A stretch of DNA of 62,871 nt, the filler included, from Chiloscyllium plagiosum (Eukaryota): the NCBI RefSeq assembly GCF_004010195.1. It is 5 parts of one record of this genome, joined end to end, with 100 filler letters (N's around TTAATTAATTAA, not from the genome) between each part and the next. Parts side by side here need not be neighbours in the genome. Positions count along the whole stretch, not along the records: positions 35,406 to 51,321 come from NC_057713.1; 4 more parts are not named here. One strand, written 5' to 3'. The translations under genes and the position numbers were made by a program. Below, in pieces: positions 38,517 through 51,421 of the stretch; the first letter of the stretch is position 1, and each line of letters opens with the position of its first letter. The notes beneath the pieces are model-generated. The model was given only the letters and a program-made list of their open reading frames with translations, did no database searches and was not told where the DNA came from.

Positions 38517-39548
38517 CAGTATTTGAGCTGTCTCTCAGTGGGCTCAGAGTGTTGCCTCACCTCGGCATGCAAGTGGATCTACCTAGGCATGTTCCCACGG
38601 CAGTGGAGGAGATTGGAGAGGAGGCAGTTTCAGCAGCAGCGACAGTATCTGCGGCGGCAACATTGAGAACAGACTCCCTGACTGAAGGCTATCTCCCTTG
38701 CTGCGACTAAGGAGTGCTGACAATCATGGCAAGCTTTCTGCCTTTGTGCCTGAGTACTGTGAGCCTGATATATCCATTTGAGGTGATAAAGTTCTAAAAG
38801 GTATGGCAAGGCAAGGATACTGTGAGCATCTAGGTAGCCTCAAGGTAATTGAGAGCTAAGCGATCATGTGACTAGCCCTGAGATGCAGTCTGGCCTAGTG
38901 TCTGAGTTGGATGCTTGCCTCAGCGTGCAGTGTCCTCATTAGAGAATTGCAATGCCAGCTACTGGTGCATCCTGAGGTGCAGCATTGAAGCGCAGAAGTT
39001 TCCTGAAAATGGATTGGACAGGAACCATGAAGGTCCTGAGAGGCTGTCAAGTCTCAAATGCCAGGCTACATGATTTAGAGTTACGTGTGGCTGTGTCCTG
39101 GAATGTGTCCTGATATACTGTTGCTTAGTGTCCAAGACTGTGGTCACCAGATCCCCATTCAAACTTCTGTGTCATGAATCATTGATATCTTGTTTCCTCA
39201 GGGCAAATGGTAGGATAGAAAGTTGTATGTTAATGAGCAGAGATTTGGTGTTAATGAGATTGTTAATAGGCATCTCACAGCTGCCTGATATCTCGTCTTG
39301 ATATCCAGAATGTGGTTGGAAAATGTAGGTATTACTCCCAAAATCAAGATAGACTTGCTGAACTTCTCATGTGATTCTACCTGATACTCTGGTGGAGGAA
39401 TACAGAACAATACAGCATAAATGCAAAATTGGAGATGGGCCATTTACGAGGGAAATCAGGAAGTACTTTGATTCAAAGGGTAATGGAATTCTGGAAATAT
39501 TTGCAAATCAATTTGACTTTAAGGCAACCCCAACATTATTCCTACAAT

Positions 39549-39841
39549 GGCAGCACGGTGGATCAGTGCTGCCTCCCAGCACCAGGGTCCCAGGTCCGAT
39601 TCCAGTTTTGGGCAACTGGGTGGAGTTTGCACATTCGCCCCATGTCTGCGTGGGTTTCCTCTGGGTGATCCAGTTTTCTGCCACGATCAAAGATGTGGAG
39701 GCAAGGCGAATTAGCCGTGCTAAATTACCCATAGTGTTAGGTGCATTAGAGGGAAATGGGTCTGGGTGGGTTACTCTTCTGAGAGTCAATGTGGACTTGT
39801 TGGGCTGAAGGGCCAACTGTAGGGAATCTAATCTAATCTAG
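39549..39841 (+). mobile_element. HE1-type SINE
   Basis: ggcagcacggtgg head, central domain, (TAATC)n tail. Confidence 0.88.
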
Positions 39842-41805
39842 AAGCTCAGATGTTGGCAGCAATCAAAGGGTCCTCTCCCTAAATTACACATGACAACAAC
39901 AAAATAAGAAAAAAGGTAGTATTCACTGGGCGTGAATTATGTAAAAATGTCACAATGCATATTTCAATAAAGTCCACTCAAGTGGTATTCTTAAAATTGA
40001 TTGCAAAACCTTCCTTTCCTAAGATACATTCTTAATTTACTTCTTTTGTTCAGTTCTTTTGCCATACCCAAGAAAACAGTGCCAACTCCAATTCACATCA
40101 GTGGAAGGAAAACATGATTTTGACAAGTTCTGATTTTTCAATTATGGGAATTGCTGAAAAGTGATTCCCATCTGAAAATGCTTAAATCCTCCCTATTAGA
40201 CCCAGATTCTCAGTCTAACTGTGATAGGGAGGCAGTAACTGGTATCACACTGTGCCCCTGCTCAAATTAGTCTTATCGCTGTGCCAAGGGATAAAGACTC
40301 AATAGTTCTGTCATTGAGTGTTTGTGTTTGATCTAAATTTCCTGCTACCTGGTCTGATTCTAAGGCAGATGAGGACCTTTGGCACTGATCACTTCTTTAC
40401 AATCAATTTCTGTAGAGCAGTGAAATGCCAACTGTGACTTTTTTTCTCTCTATAGCGATTATGTCCCTGTTGGGGTTAATTCGCTTCGGGGCTGATCAGT
40501 GAGACAGAATCCATCAAGCTGTGCTGACATTCTTTGAAGCTGCATTTTAACAGAAAAAAAGACATTCTCTCCCAGCAAATATTATGGGCACTACCTGTTC
40601 CTTCTCACCAAATTGCTGTGAAGGAAGAGAGGCTAGCTGAAACGTCTTTCATCCATGGCAACTATAGCCTCAAAATTAACAACGCATTGCTGGAAGGGCA
40701 AGGATAAGGCATGGCTAAAAGTAATGAAATCAGAATGACAAGAGCTATGGACGTTGTAGTGGGAGTGGTCATAGCATGGAGAGGCTGAACTCTCATTCAC
40801 ATAGTGAAATTTGCCTCCTTTAATGCAATTAAAACCCTGATTTTAAAGGTAACTAGTGTAGTGAGATTGTACTGAGGTTGTAGAAAAGTGAGTCTGTCCT
40901 CATGCTAGTGAATAACACTTATATTAAGTAACATACAGCAGTGAGTGTGAGAGAACCCTACTGTTTCAGTCCTAGTTCAAATTGCCCCTCACATTAGCAG
41001 GTATCACTAGTCACATATACTACTCATTAACATAATGAGACTTACAGAATCATAGAATTATAGAATGTTATTGTGTAGAAGGAGGTCATTTGACCCATTA
41101 TGTCTGTACCAAAATCTAAAGAGCTGCCCAGCTAGGCCCATTCTCCAGCCCCATCTCCATCGTACTCTAACTTCAACACCTTCAAATATATTTTCAGCTC
41201 TCTTTTGAAACTTCCTACAGACTCCACCTCCAGCATTATCCTAGGCAGCCAGCGCAGTCCAAATCCTAACAACACTCAGAGTAAAGAAGTTTCTCCTCAG
41301 CTTTTCTCACTGACAATCTTGAAATTGTAACTTGATCCTAATCCAACAATGGGCGCTGGAGGAGTTCCCCAAATATTAAGCCATCGGAGCAGAAGTAGGC
41401 CATTCAGCCCATTGGGCTCACTCAGCTATTCAATGAGATCATAACTCCACTTTCCTGCTTTTTCCCCATAATAAGAACTTAAGAATTAGGAGCAGGAGTA
41501 GGCAATTCAGCCCCTCAAATCTGCACTGTCAATTAACATAATGGTGGCCAAACTCATGTCAGCCTCAGCCCTATTTTCCTGCCCATTCTCCATAATCCTT
41601 CAACCTGTTGCTAATGAAAAGTCTGCATATCTCCTCCTTAAATTTATTCTATGTCCCAACATCCACTGCACTCTGAGGTAGTGATTACCACAGATTCATT
41701 ACCCATTGAAAAAAGTAATTTCTCCTCAGGTCTGTTTTAAATTTGTTACCACCCCTATCCTAAAACTGTGATTTCTTATTCCAGATTGCCCCACATAAGA
41801 AAAAT

Positions 41806-42128
41806 GGGTGGCAAGGTGGCACAGTGGTTAGCATTGCTGCCTCACAGCGCCAGAGACCCGGGTTCAATTCCCGCCTCAGGCGACTGACTGTGTGGAGTTT
41901 GCACGTTCTCCCCGTGTCTGCGTGGGTTTCCTCCGGGTGCTCCGGTTTCCTCCCACCATCCAAAGATGTGCAGGGTCAGGTGAATTGGCCATGCTAAATT
42001 GCCTGTAGTGTTAGGTAAGGGGTAAATGTAGGGGTATGGGTGGGTTTCGCTTCGGCGGGTCGGTGTGGACTTGTTGGGCCGAAGGGCCTGTTTCCACACT
42101 GTAATCTAATCTAATCTAATCTAATCTA
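41806..42128 (+). mobile_element. HE1-type SINE, young copy
   Basis: gggtggcaaggtggcacagtggttagc...ggttcaattccc (pol III A/B boxes), CpG-rich, (TAATC)5 tail. Confidence 0.95.
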
Positions 42129-42503
42129 AAAATGCTTAATTCCTTTATTGGCTAAAAATCTGTTTAACTCAACATTGAATATCATGGTTCAGTGCCAGAG
42201 CCCTCCGTACTAAAGAGTTCCACAGACTCACTACTCTCTGATGTAAAAGATTTCCCTCATCTCTGTCTTAGATTCTGAGATTGTGCCCTCTGGTCCTAGA
42301 CTTTACCACAAGGGCAAACAATCTTTTCACATCTACCTTATCCAGTCTCCTAAGAATCTTGCCTGTTTCAATAAGGTTACTTTTAACTCTTCTAAACTCT
42401 ACTGAGTGCAAACTCAACCTCCTTGACCTCTCCTCATTTGGCTGTCCCTCCATCCCTAGGATCAACCTTGTGAACCTTTTCTGGTCTATGTCTAATTCAA
42501 GCA

Positions 42504-42664
42504 CAAAGGAACCTCGATTATCCGAAAGCCTTGGGATGGGAATATTTTTTACGGATAATAAAATGTTCAGATAACACAGTTCAGCCAAACATCGGGACCT
42601 TACGATCTTGTCCAGATAATCTGAAATTCAGATAATCGAATGCTGGATAATTAAGGTTCCTCTG
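42504..42664. mobile_element. Tigger/pogo-like MITE
   Basis: TIRs caaaggaacctcgattatcc / ggataattaaggttcctctg, flanked by CA and TA (TA-type TSD). Confidence 0.8.
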
Positions 42665-43189
42665 TATATCTTTCCTGAGATAAGGATTCAGATGCTCAAA
42701 CTGTTCTTATCTACAGCCACACACCATGCACCTTCCAATACATAACAGGATCAATAGCCTGGATATTTTTGGTGGTGGTTTGCTTAGGCAGGACGGCAGA
42801 TATCCCCACATGTTTTGGAGTTTTAATTCTATTGTACACATTCTTTAGTCCACAGCAGACTGCAGCTAGGAAGTCAACCTTTTTGAAATGCTTGAATTTC
42901 TATTGATCACGAAACAGACCAATCAAGCTGCAGCATCAAGTGAGACAATCCCTCCGCTATCTGAATTATTATTCTACTCATTTAATATCCAGTACTGGAT
43001 AAGTAGACAATGCTCTGATTAATTATTTGGAAAACTAAAACTACAGTTTTCAGACCCATTTGCCAAACTCCATTCCCTAGTTGCTAATTCTATTCCTTTT
43101 ACTGATAATTATTGAGATTAAAGAAATCTGATTACAACCTTGATGACGCATTCAGCCGTACGTCTAACCACATATGCATCACTGAGGCC

Positions 43190-43610
43190 AGCTATTTCCC
43201 CATCAGTAACATTGCCCAACTTCACACCTCTCCCTGCCTTCATTGCTAAATCCCTCATTCATGCTTAACTATTGCTATCTGACTATTCCAATGAAATACT
43301 GGCTGGCCTCACATTCAACCCTCTGTAAACTTGGTATCATCCAAAACTTTGCAGCACATGTTTTAACTTGAACCAAATCTCATTTACTTACTTATGTTTA
43401 ACATTAACTTCTGATAAAGCAACAACTTGATTTTAAATTCCTGATCCTCATTTTCAAACCCCTCCATGACCTCACCCATCCCTGTTTATATAATCTGTTC
43501 CAACTGCAAAACTTTCACAAAGATCTGCACTCATCTTGAGTTGTCCCATTTGCAATCACTTCGTCTAGCTATGACATCTCTTTTATAGGCCTAAAATCTT
43601 GACTTCTTTC
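43190..43610 (+). mobile_element. L2 LINE 3' fragment
   Basis: gactattccaatgaaatactggctggcctc (DYSNxxLAGL) and atccaaaactttgcagca (IQNxAA). Confidence 0.7.
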
Positions 43611-43883
43611 CTGATACTCCCTCTGTAACTTGCATTCCCCTTTTATCATAGCCCTTAAAAAACTCCCCCTTGGGAACTTTATGTTCACAATTCTCTTCAG
43701 ATAGACTGTAGCACCAACAGTGCAGCATTCCCTCAGTATTGCATTGGAATGGCTGGCCAGATTTTGTTTTGTTCAGCAAGTGAGACTTGATGCCTTGACT
43801 CTCCTACTCAGCAATAAGACAACTTGTACATGGAGATCACCAAGATTCTTAGAGAATCATAAGATCTTTCTCTTTCTTTCCAG

Positions 43884-44033
43884 TAATTGTACTGTGCTGT
43901 ATCTTCAAGTGCAGAATTCCCAGAACGAAGAAGGAGATTGAAGCACGTTATGCCCAGCGCCAGGCTGCAAAGAGGTATGCCAACACCTTGGATAATGTTC
44001 CACCACTCAACGAACTGACAGAGATGCCAGGAG
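43884..44033 (+). CDS. TMIE: Transmembrane inner ear expressed protein, internal exon (equivalent to exon 3), 150 bp, phase 1-1
   Basis: Acceptor tctttctttccag|, donor gag|gtgagc. Translation [49 protein letters not shown] matches the conserved TMIE motif CCxFxCRxPRTxKEIEAR...[12 protein letters not shown]. Confidence 0.95.
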
Positions 44034-44116
44034 GTGAGCTATGAGTTTCCTAAATATTAAAAACAATCTTTCTCAAAAATATGTTTCTGTGAAGACATCT
44101 TCCTCCTGTATTAAAG

Positions 44117-44217
44117 GTGCAGAAGGAAAACATAGACAAAAGACAAAGGATTTAAATCAAACAATGAAATCTTTGCACCTGGTAGCTCGGATTTTGGCCA
44201 AGGATATTAGACGCTGA
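44117..44217 (+). CDS. TMIE: Candidate TMIE terminal exon
   Basis: 83-bp intron, acceptor cctcctgtattaaag|; in frame GAEGKHRQKTKDLNQTMKSLHLVARILAKDIRR*; basic, but no recognisable conservation. Confidence 0.45.
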
Positions 44218-46434
44218 TGGGTGTCCAGTTATGCTATTCTGGAATTCAAGGAAATTAACTTTCAGGCAAGACAATCAAATTATACAGAAACTCTGTTAAT
44301 GAACGAGGAAACCTCTTTCAACTGAAACTTTTAGGGGCCCTGGTGTGTTTATTCAATAATAGACTCCCTGCCATTTTTTATCTCCTCCTTAATTTAGGGA
44401 ACGGCAAACTCCTTCCCAAAACTCCCTTGAAACAAAATCAAGCGACACTCCTTTAATAGATTCCACTTAAACTGCTTTTAAAGGCGTCACTTGCTCTCAG
44501 TCAATTTCTTTACTTGTATAAAAAGTGAAATTGCAGGAAACTCCTACTAATCCATCACTATCAATACAAAAATCAGATCTTATATTGTTCCCTGATGATT
44601 GCACAGCGTTCAGCTCTATTTGAAATTCTGAAGATAAAGAAACATGTCTTCTTGCAGCAAGGCCTAGAGATTATCCTGATTTGGTAAATAGCTAATAAGC
44701 AGCCATGTCACTCCAACTACAGGCAGCGATCTTTTCCACTGCACCTGACAGCATTTGAGAACATTTCTGCATAAGGACTATGGTGGCTCAAGAACAGAAG
44801 GAATAAGGGATAAGCAATAAATGCTGTTATGCCTGCAAAATTAATTTTAACCAAAGATAAAGGACTGATTAACATTTAGAGTATAAAGGAGCCACACAAT
44901 GTGCAAGAGACAGAACAAACTTCACTTGAGTTATAAGGAAGAAGAGAGACATGCAGGTCATCAAAGACCAATAACAACTGAGACACCTCCCTGTTGCCCA
45001 CTCGGCTCCATGTTGAATTATAAATCAAGTTACACTCCATTGAATTAATAGTAAGAGAAGTATGCTATTCAGCCTCTTGAGCTTGTTCTGTCATTCCAAT
45101 TGGCTCATCTTGTCATTCATTCAGTTTCTCCCAACATGGATTCTGAAATTATGCCAAATGTTAAAGATTTCACTAAAATGATTTTCTTTCATTACTTCAT
45201 ATCCCGACTAAAGCTCAACTGTATATAATCCCCTGCTTAAGATACTTCAGTGCAGAGTTTTGTAAAATGTTATTATATTTACGGGTGCTGTTTAAATGTG
45301 AGTTTTTGTTGCTGTTATTTTGATTTATGTGTTTCGAAATTAGATCAGTGTCCCATCAGTATTTATCTTCCTCCTCTATGCTGTTATAACTAATTGAAAT
45401 ATTTCTGGATGAAATGCCCTGGGGTTGTGATTTCAGTTGAATCTCCGAGCTTTCAATCAGCTCATTGAAACTATCTGATCTCAGCTGAACCAACAGTTGG
45501 AGCATCAGGAATTAATTTTAAAAACTCAGCATAGTTATTTTGAGTTGTGTACATGTGTGTGTGTCATCACACGGGTGTGTACATTTGTTCATGTGAGCTA
45601 TATCTGTGGATGTTTTATAGAAAGTACAAGAAAATACTGTAATGATACTCTCAACAGTCATTCGACTAGATAGGGAAGTTAATAGTCCCTGAGAATCTGC
45701 ATTTCAGCTTCAGAACGTAAGAGCTTAAAAATAAGAGTAAACCTCCAGTAAAATGAAATTTAAATGAAAGAACGTCATATTGTCTTACTTTCCTTGTCCT
45801 GATCTGCTTTCTCATTTTCTCTCTTTTTATTTTTCTCTCTTTTTACCCTTAAATCCTAGATTCCTCTGACACTATCCCTTTGCAAACTGTCTCTGGTCAA
45901 CTCCAGCACAGATCTGTCCACTCTCTACCTGTCCTTCAGGAGGAAGATGAAATGGCACCCCTTTGAATTCAAGATGACTACTCACTGAGTCAACTTTTGT
46001 TCTTTTATTTCAATTCCTCCGCCAACAAGAATCTGTAACTGAAGAAACGTCCTCTCGTGTCTTTTTGTCTCTTATTTGAAGGGCTATTATCAGATTTGCT
46101 GTTTTGAGTAAAGTGAATTTGTCGAATGTTTTGACAACTGCATGCCATAAAGGCCAGATTTGCAGTAATGTTCTAGTAGGAATGCTACATTTTAGTCTTT
46201 AGTTCCTGATTTGTTATGGGAATTCAGGGCTGGTATGAAAAGACAGACTCCAGCCTCTCTGTCAACATATGTATAATACAGCAACAGGGCTGCTTGTTTG
46301 AATAGTGCTGAGCAAAGTTTGCTAACTTATTGCTTAGAAAGTGGACACAATCCATACTAGGAATCAGCAAATGTGGAGTTCACTGCAGGAGCTGAGTGAA
46401 GGAAAATGAATGAATAAATAGAGGACCAGTCATT

Positions 46435-46652
46435 AAAAAAAGCAATATACTCTTGATGCTGGAAATCTGGAACAGAAACAGAAAATTCCGGAAATATTCA
46501 GCAGGTCATGTGACAAGGTTGAAAGTTGAAACAGCATAAATGTTTCATGTCAACAACCTTTCATCTGAACTGAAGAGAATTAATAAAAACAGAAAGTATT
46601 GGAGAAACTCAGGAGAAAGAGTTAATGTTTCATGTCCAATATGATTCTTCAG
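46435..46652 (-). mobile_element. Old PLE-terminus/hammerhead-family remnants (two tandem arms)
   Basis: gatgctggaaatctg...aaacagaaa...tcagcaggtc and ggagaaactcagg...gagttaatgtttc...cttcag; an opposing arm lies at about 47380-47420. Confidence 0.55.
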
Positions 46653-46949
46653 AGATATAAGGAAATAAGATATAGAAGCAGAAATAGACCACTTAGCCCA
46701 TCGAGTCTGCTCTAATATTCATTGAGAGCATGGCTGATCTGATTATGCTCAATTCCACTTTCCTGCCAATAAACCTTGATTTCCTTACAGAATAAAAATA
46801 TCTATCTCACCCTTGAATATATTTAACAATGCAGCCTTGACAGCCTTCTGTAGCAAAGAATTACACTCTGTTTTAAGGAAGTATGAAAGCAGACCAAGGA
46901 GGCCGGAGGTTAGCGGGGTGATAGTGCGATAAGAACGAAAGGGAAACTA

Positions 46950-47255
46950 TTACATTAGATTACATTACAGTGTGGAAACAGGCCCTTCGGCCCAACAAGT
47001 CCACACCGACCCGCAACCCACCCATACCCCTACATTTACTCCTTACCTAACACTACGGGCAATTTAGCATGGCCAATTCACCTGACCTGCACATCTTTGG
47101 ACTGTGGGAGGAAACCGGAGCACCCGGAGGAAACCCATGCAGACACGGGGAGAACGTGCAAACTCCACACAGTCAGTCGCCTGAGGCAGGAATTGAACCC
47201 GGGTCTCAGGCGCTGTGAGGCAGCAGTGCTAACCACTGTGCCACCGTGCCGCCCA
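46950..47255 (-). mobile_element. HE1-type SINE, young copy
   Basis: Reverse complement of the 41806 copy; tail attacattagattacattaca. Confidence 0.95.
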
Positions 47256-47816
47256 CTATGTGATAGGTTGAAAGACAAGACAGATTAAATGACAAAGAAA
47301 ATTAAAATGCAACGTGGAGGATAAAGGAAAGAAGCAAAAAGGTGGGCTAAAGAGAGTATGACTGTGAAAAGCAGTTGCTGTCAGGCCTGCTGAATATTCC
47401 CAACGTTTTCTGTTTTTAACTAAATAAAAAACCAGTGTAGTGTTGTCATTAATTCACAGGCAGAAGTTTCATTGAATAGGTATGATCACTTATATACGAA
47501 CACAGTAGCTTTATTATCCTTTTGATTGAATAGGATTCACCCCACCTTTCCCATGAAGTGGAAAAAGGAAAAATTTCCCTATACATGTTGCAGCTTAATT
47601 GTCAATTCATTTTAATTAATTCAAGTTTCTTTAAAGTAAATTTTGAAGCCAACAAATGTGGGAAGTAAAGTTTCTGATCCATAACGATGATTCCTGCTGG
47701 AAGTCTTGATCCAAAGCGCTTACGCATGCTGCCAGACCTAAAACTCAAAGACCTTCTTGTCTTTCCAAAGCAAAAACTCTGATCTTGGTAGCAACCGGGA
47801 CTAAATGCCTCATCAT

Positions 47817-47985
47817 CATTGGATGTTGCTGTTGTGCTCTGATTTCCATTGGCTGTTCATTGTAATTCAGTGACTCTCATTGGTTGCCCACACTAATCCA
47901 TAACACCCATTATTGCTCACATTGAACCCTGGTCTCCATTGGTGGCCTATACTGAATCCTGATTCCCATTGGTCACTTGTACTGA
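47817..47985. repeat. Degenerate 30-bp tandem repeat anchored on CATTGG
   Basis: Anchor starts at 47817, 47847, 47878, 47908 (variant), 47937, 47967. Confidence 0.75.
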
Positions 47986-48194
47986 GGCTTCACTCTTGCT
48001 GCTTTCCACACCTAAACCCAACTCCTGTCTGTCTGACCATCTTCATTAACATCTTCTTCTCTGTTTCATATTAGGTTTGTTGGGTTATCAGCTTGAATTA
48101 GCAGTTGCAGTGCAATTGAAGTCAGAAGGAATTATCAAAATTACCACAAAAAGAAGAGTGAGGTTCATCTATTTCACCTTGCATCATCCAAGTA

Positions 48195-48492
48195 TTTAGA
48201 TTAAATTTCCTTTGGCCCAACAAGTCCACACCGACCCTTCAAAGAGCAACCCACCCAGACCCATTTCCCTCCGAATGATGTACCTAATACTACGGGCAAT
48301 TTAGCATGGCCAATTCACCTGACCTGCACATATTCGGACTGTGGGAGGAAACCAGAGCACCCGGAGGAAACCCGCACAGACACAGGAAGAATGTGCAAAC
48401 TCCACACAGACAGTTGCCCGAGGCTGAAATCATACCTGGGATCCTGGTGCTGTGAGGTAGCAGTGCTAACCACTGAGCCACCACGCCGCCAT
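48195..48492 (-). mobile_element. HE1-type SINE
   Basis: Same family sequence, reverse strand. Confidence 0.9.
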
Positions 48493-48494
48493 AG

Positions 48495-48965
48495 ATTTGA
48501 AAAAAGATAAAACTGCTTTAGAAGCAGTTTAGAGAAGGTGCAATTGACTCATATACTGGAATGAAGATCTTATCTCATGAAGAAATATTGAGGCTTTTAC
48601 TCATAGGTTATGCCTGCATCCATTGATGATCTGTTTGAAACATAACCCCAGAGGATGTTTCCTGTAGAGGGGAAAACTAAACTATGGATAAAGTTTAAGA
48701 ATAAGAGATCTCCCTATTTTAACAGAGATGAAGTAAAATAATCTAAGATTGAGTATTATTATGTAGAATTCTTATTCTGAGAAGGTATTGAAGGCTAGGT
48801 TTATAAATTTGTTCAAGGCTCAGTGAGATAGATTGTGATAGACAAGAGAATCAAGGATTATGGAGTTTGACCGGAAATTGGAGATTAGACCAAAATCAGA
48901 TCAGCTTTGATCTTATTGAATGGTAGAGCAGCTTTGAAGAGCAAATGGCTTACTCTCACTTTATG
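48495..48965 (+). mobile_element. Old CR1 3' fragment
   Basis: Degenerate CR1 3' ORF and UTR (gatcttattgaatggtagagcag). Confidence 0.6.
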
Positions 48966-50469
48966 TTTCAAAACAAAAGTCTACATTTCCATTAATTTTT
49001 ATATCTTGAATGTACATTTTTAAGAATAGAATTCAAAAGTACAAAATCGCTACAGCCATAACCTTAACAAAAGAATGAAAACTAAATGCTGGTCCTGGCA
49101 TCTGAACTGTCATCTGAACTGAAGAGAATTAATAAAAACAGAAAGTGCTGGAGAAACTCAGGAGAAAGAAATTGCTGAGTGTAAATAACGTAAACAACGC
49201 AAGTCGATCATTCGTTTTTTACATTCAGCAATTTCTGACCTACAGATGAATGATGTGGTCATTTTGAATGATATGTTATGGCCTAGCAGAGGTCATTCCA
49301 TTTTTTAAGGTGTTTTCTTCTCAGTAGCTAGGCTAGTTCTGCAGATTTAACACTTGCAAACTATTCATTTATGTTTTATATTGAAGAGAAATATTTGGCA
49401 TATGAATGGTGCTGCAATACTGTGATTGTTTAGTCTAACTTTTATTCTTTCTTTCGTATAGTTCCTCATTTTCATATTCTATCCTTCAGTTGCCATCTCT
49501 CACTTATTCTCTGTCTCCCTTGCTGTCTCAAACAAATTGTCACCTACTTTCCTTTTAATCTGTTCTTCTTATATGCTTCTATCCATTCTTGCCCTTGTTC
49601 ATTATCATCATCATTGTTTCTCTGCCTTTTTCTATAAGTCTTAGTTTCTCACAAAGATTCCTATTGGTGCGAAAGATCCCAGTCATGATCCAATTATAGA
49701 TTGATTGTACTTGGCTCCCCTGTGTTCTCCATTATAGACCTCAGCAGGGTTTGCTGCAGAAGTTGGAAGGAATCAAATTCCTGCGGTTCAGGCACCTACA
49801 AGGAAGGGAATTTGGATTTGTCCAAACTACTCATCACCAAGCTTTTCATGCAAGAATTTGAATCTACAAAATATTACAAAACAAAATTTTACTTGGCTTT
49901 GATCCAAATGATTAGGTCCAGATATATTCCTATGGATTCAGTACACATCCATTCATTGTTCATTTTCAGGAAATGTGCTCTCTGTTTGAAGAAGCTTCTC
50001 ATCATGTCTCCATTGTTTCTTTTGCCAAATCCATCAATCTGGATTCTGTGATTCTTGATCCTTCCAACAATGGGAACAGTTTTTCCCTATCTGCTTTGTC
50101 GTGACCTCTTTATCAAATTACTTTCTCAACTTTCTCTTCTAGAAGGACAAACAGCCCAACTTCTCTAATCTACTACCTAACACAAATTCTTCCCACTTGA
50201 AACCATTCTCATGAATCTTCTGATACCTTCAAATCATTCCTGAAGTATCGTGCCCAGAACTGAATGCTCTACTGGAGTTCAGAGGATTCCAGTATTTTAT
50301 ACCAGTTTAATGTAACTTTCTTCCTTTAATTCAATGTTGCCATAATAAATGGATATATTATTAAAATAGTATATTGAATGTTTTGTTAGCTGATGACCCA
50401 AGCTCTCCCGCCACCTTCACTGTTTTAGGCACATGTTCATTTAGGTCTACAAAAAAAGTTCAGTTCAAA

Positions 50470-50588
50470 CAAAAGGCCACTGGATTTGAAACATTTTTCT
50501 CTTCAGATGCTACCAGACCTGCTGAATTTCTCCAGCACTTTCTGTTTTTGTTTTAGATCTCCAGCATTTGCAGCTCTTTGATTTATTA
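50470..50588 (+). mobile_element. Hammerhead GTTAAC-family arm (decayed)
   Basis: cactggatttgaaaca...cagatgctaccagacctgctgaatttctccagcactttctgtttttg. Confidence 0.65.
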
Positions 50589-50844
50589 TTCATTTAGATC
50601 CATTTGCTTCTGCACCCTCCTTTTAGAATTCTCTCTTTAATTTTTACTGTCTCTCTGTTTTCTTCCGACAAAAATTTCACTCCTCTATGCAATAAATTGT
50701 GTCTGTCACTTGTCTGTCTATTCTGTCAAATTTGTTACATCCTTTTGAAGTTCTATGCAATTCTCTTTATATTGAATAACTGATTGCACTGAATAACGTG
50801 CAGAGGAGATTGACAGGATGTTGCCTGGGCTAGAGAATTTTAGT

Positions 50845-51321
50845 TAGAACATAGAACATAGAACATAGAACAATACAGCACAGAACAGGCCCTTCGGCCC
50901 ACGACGTTGTGCCGAATATTTGTCCTAGCTTAAGCACCCATCCATGTACCTATCCAATTGCCGCTTAAAGGTCACCAAAGATTCTGACTCTACCACTCCC
51001 ACAGGCAGCGCATTCCATGCCCACACCACTCTCTGGGTAAAGAACCCACCCCTGACATCTCCCCTATACCTTCCACCCTTCACCTTAAATTTATGTCCCC
51101 TTGTAACACTTTGTTGCACCCGGGGAAAAAGTTTCTGACTGTCTACTCTATCTATTCCTCTGATCATCTTATAAACCTCTATCAAGTCACCCCTCATCCT
51201 TCGCCGTTCCAACGAGAAAAGGCCTAGCACTCTCAACCTATCCTCGTACGACCTATTCTCAATTCCAGGCAACATCCTGGTAAATCATCTCTGCACCCTC
51301 TCCAAAGCTTCCACATCCTTC
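50845..51321 (-). mobile_element. Young CR1 3' end with (TTCTATG)n tail
   Basis: ORF 50925-51275 MLPGIENRSYEDRL...WNALP; truncated by a gap. Confidence 0.95.
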
Positions 51322-51421
51322 NNNNNNNNNNNNNNNNNNNNNNNNNNNNNNNNNNNNNNNNNNNNTTAATTAATTAANNNNNNNNNNNNNNNNNNNNNNN
51401 NNNNNNNNNNNNNNNNNNNNN

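Larger units (their letters stand above)
41045..42690 (-). mobile_element. Cluster of nested CR1 3' fragments
   Basis: Several CR1 3'UTR starts (gtaggccattcagccc) and C-terminal motifs (RFTRLILGMEG...SRTRGHNLRI). Confidence 0.75.

Noticed and set aside
41806..41880. tRNA gene
   Set aside because: The A/B boxes belong to the head of an HE1 SINE and continue into the SINE body; the same applies to the other copies and to about 4440-4500.
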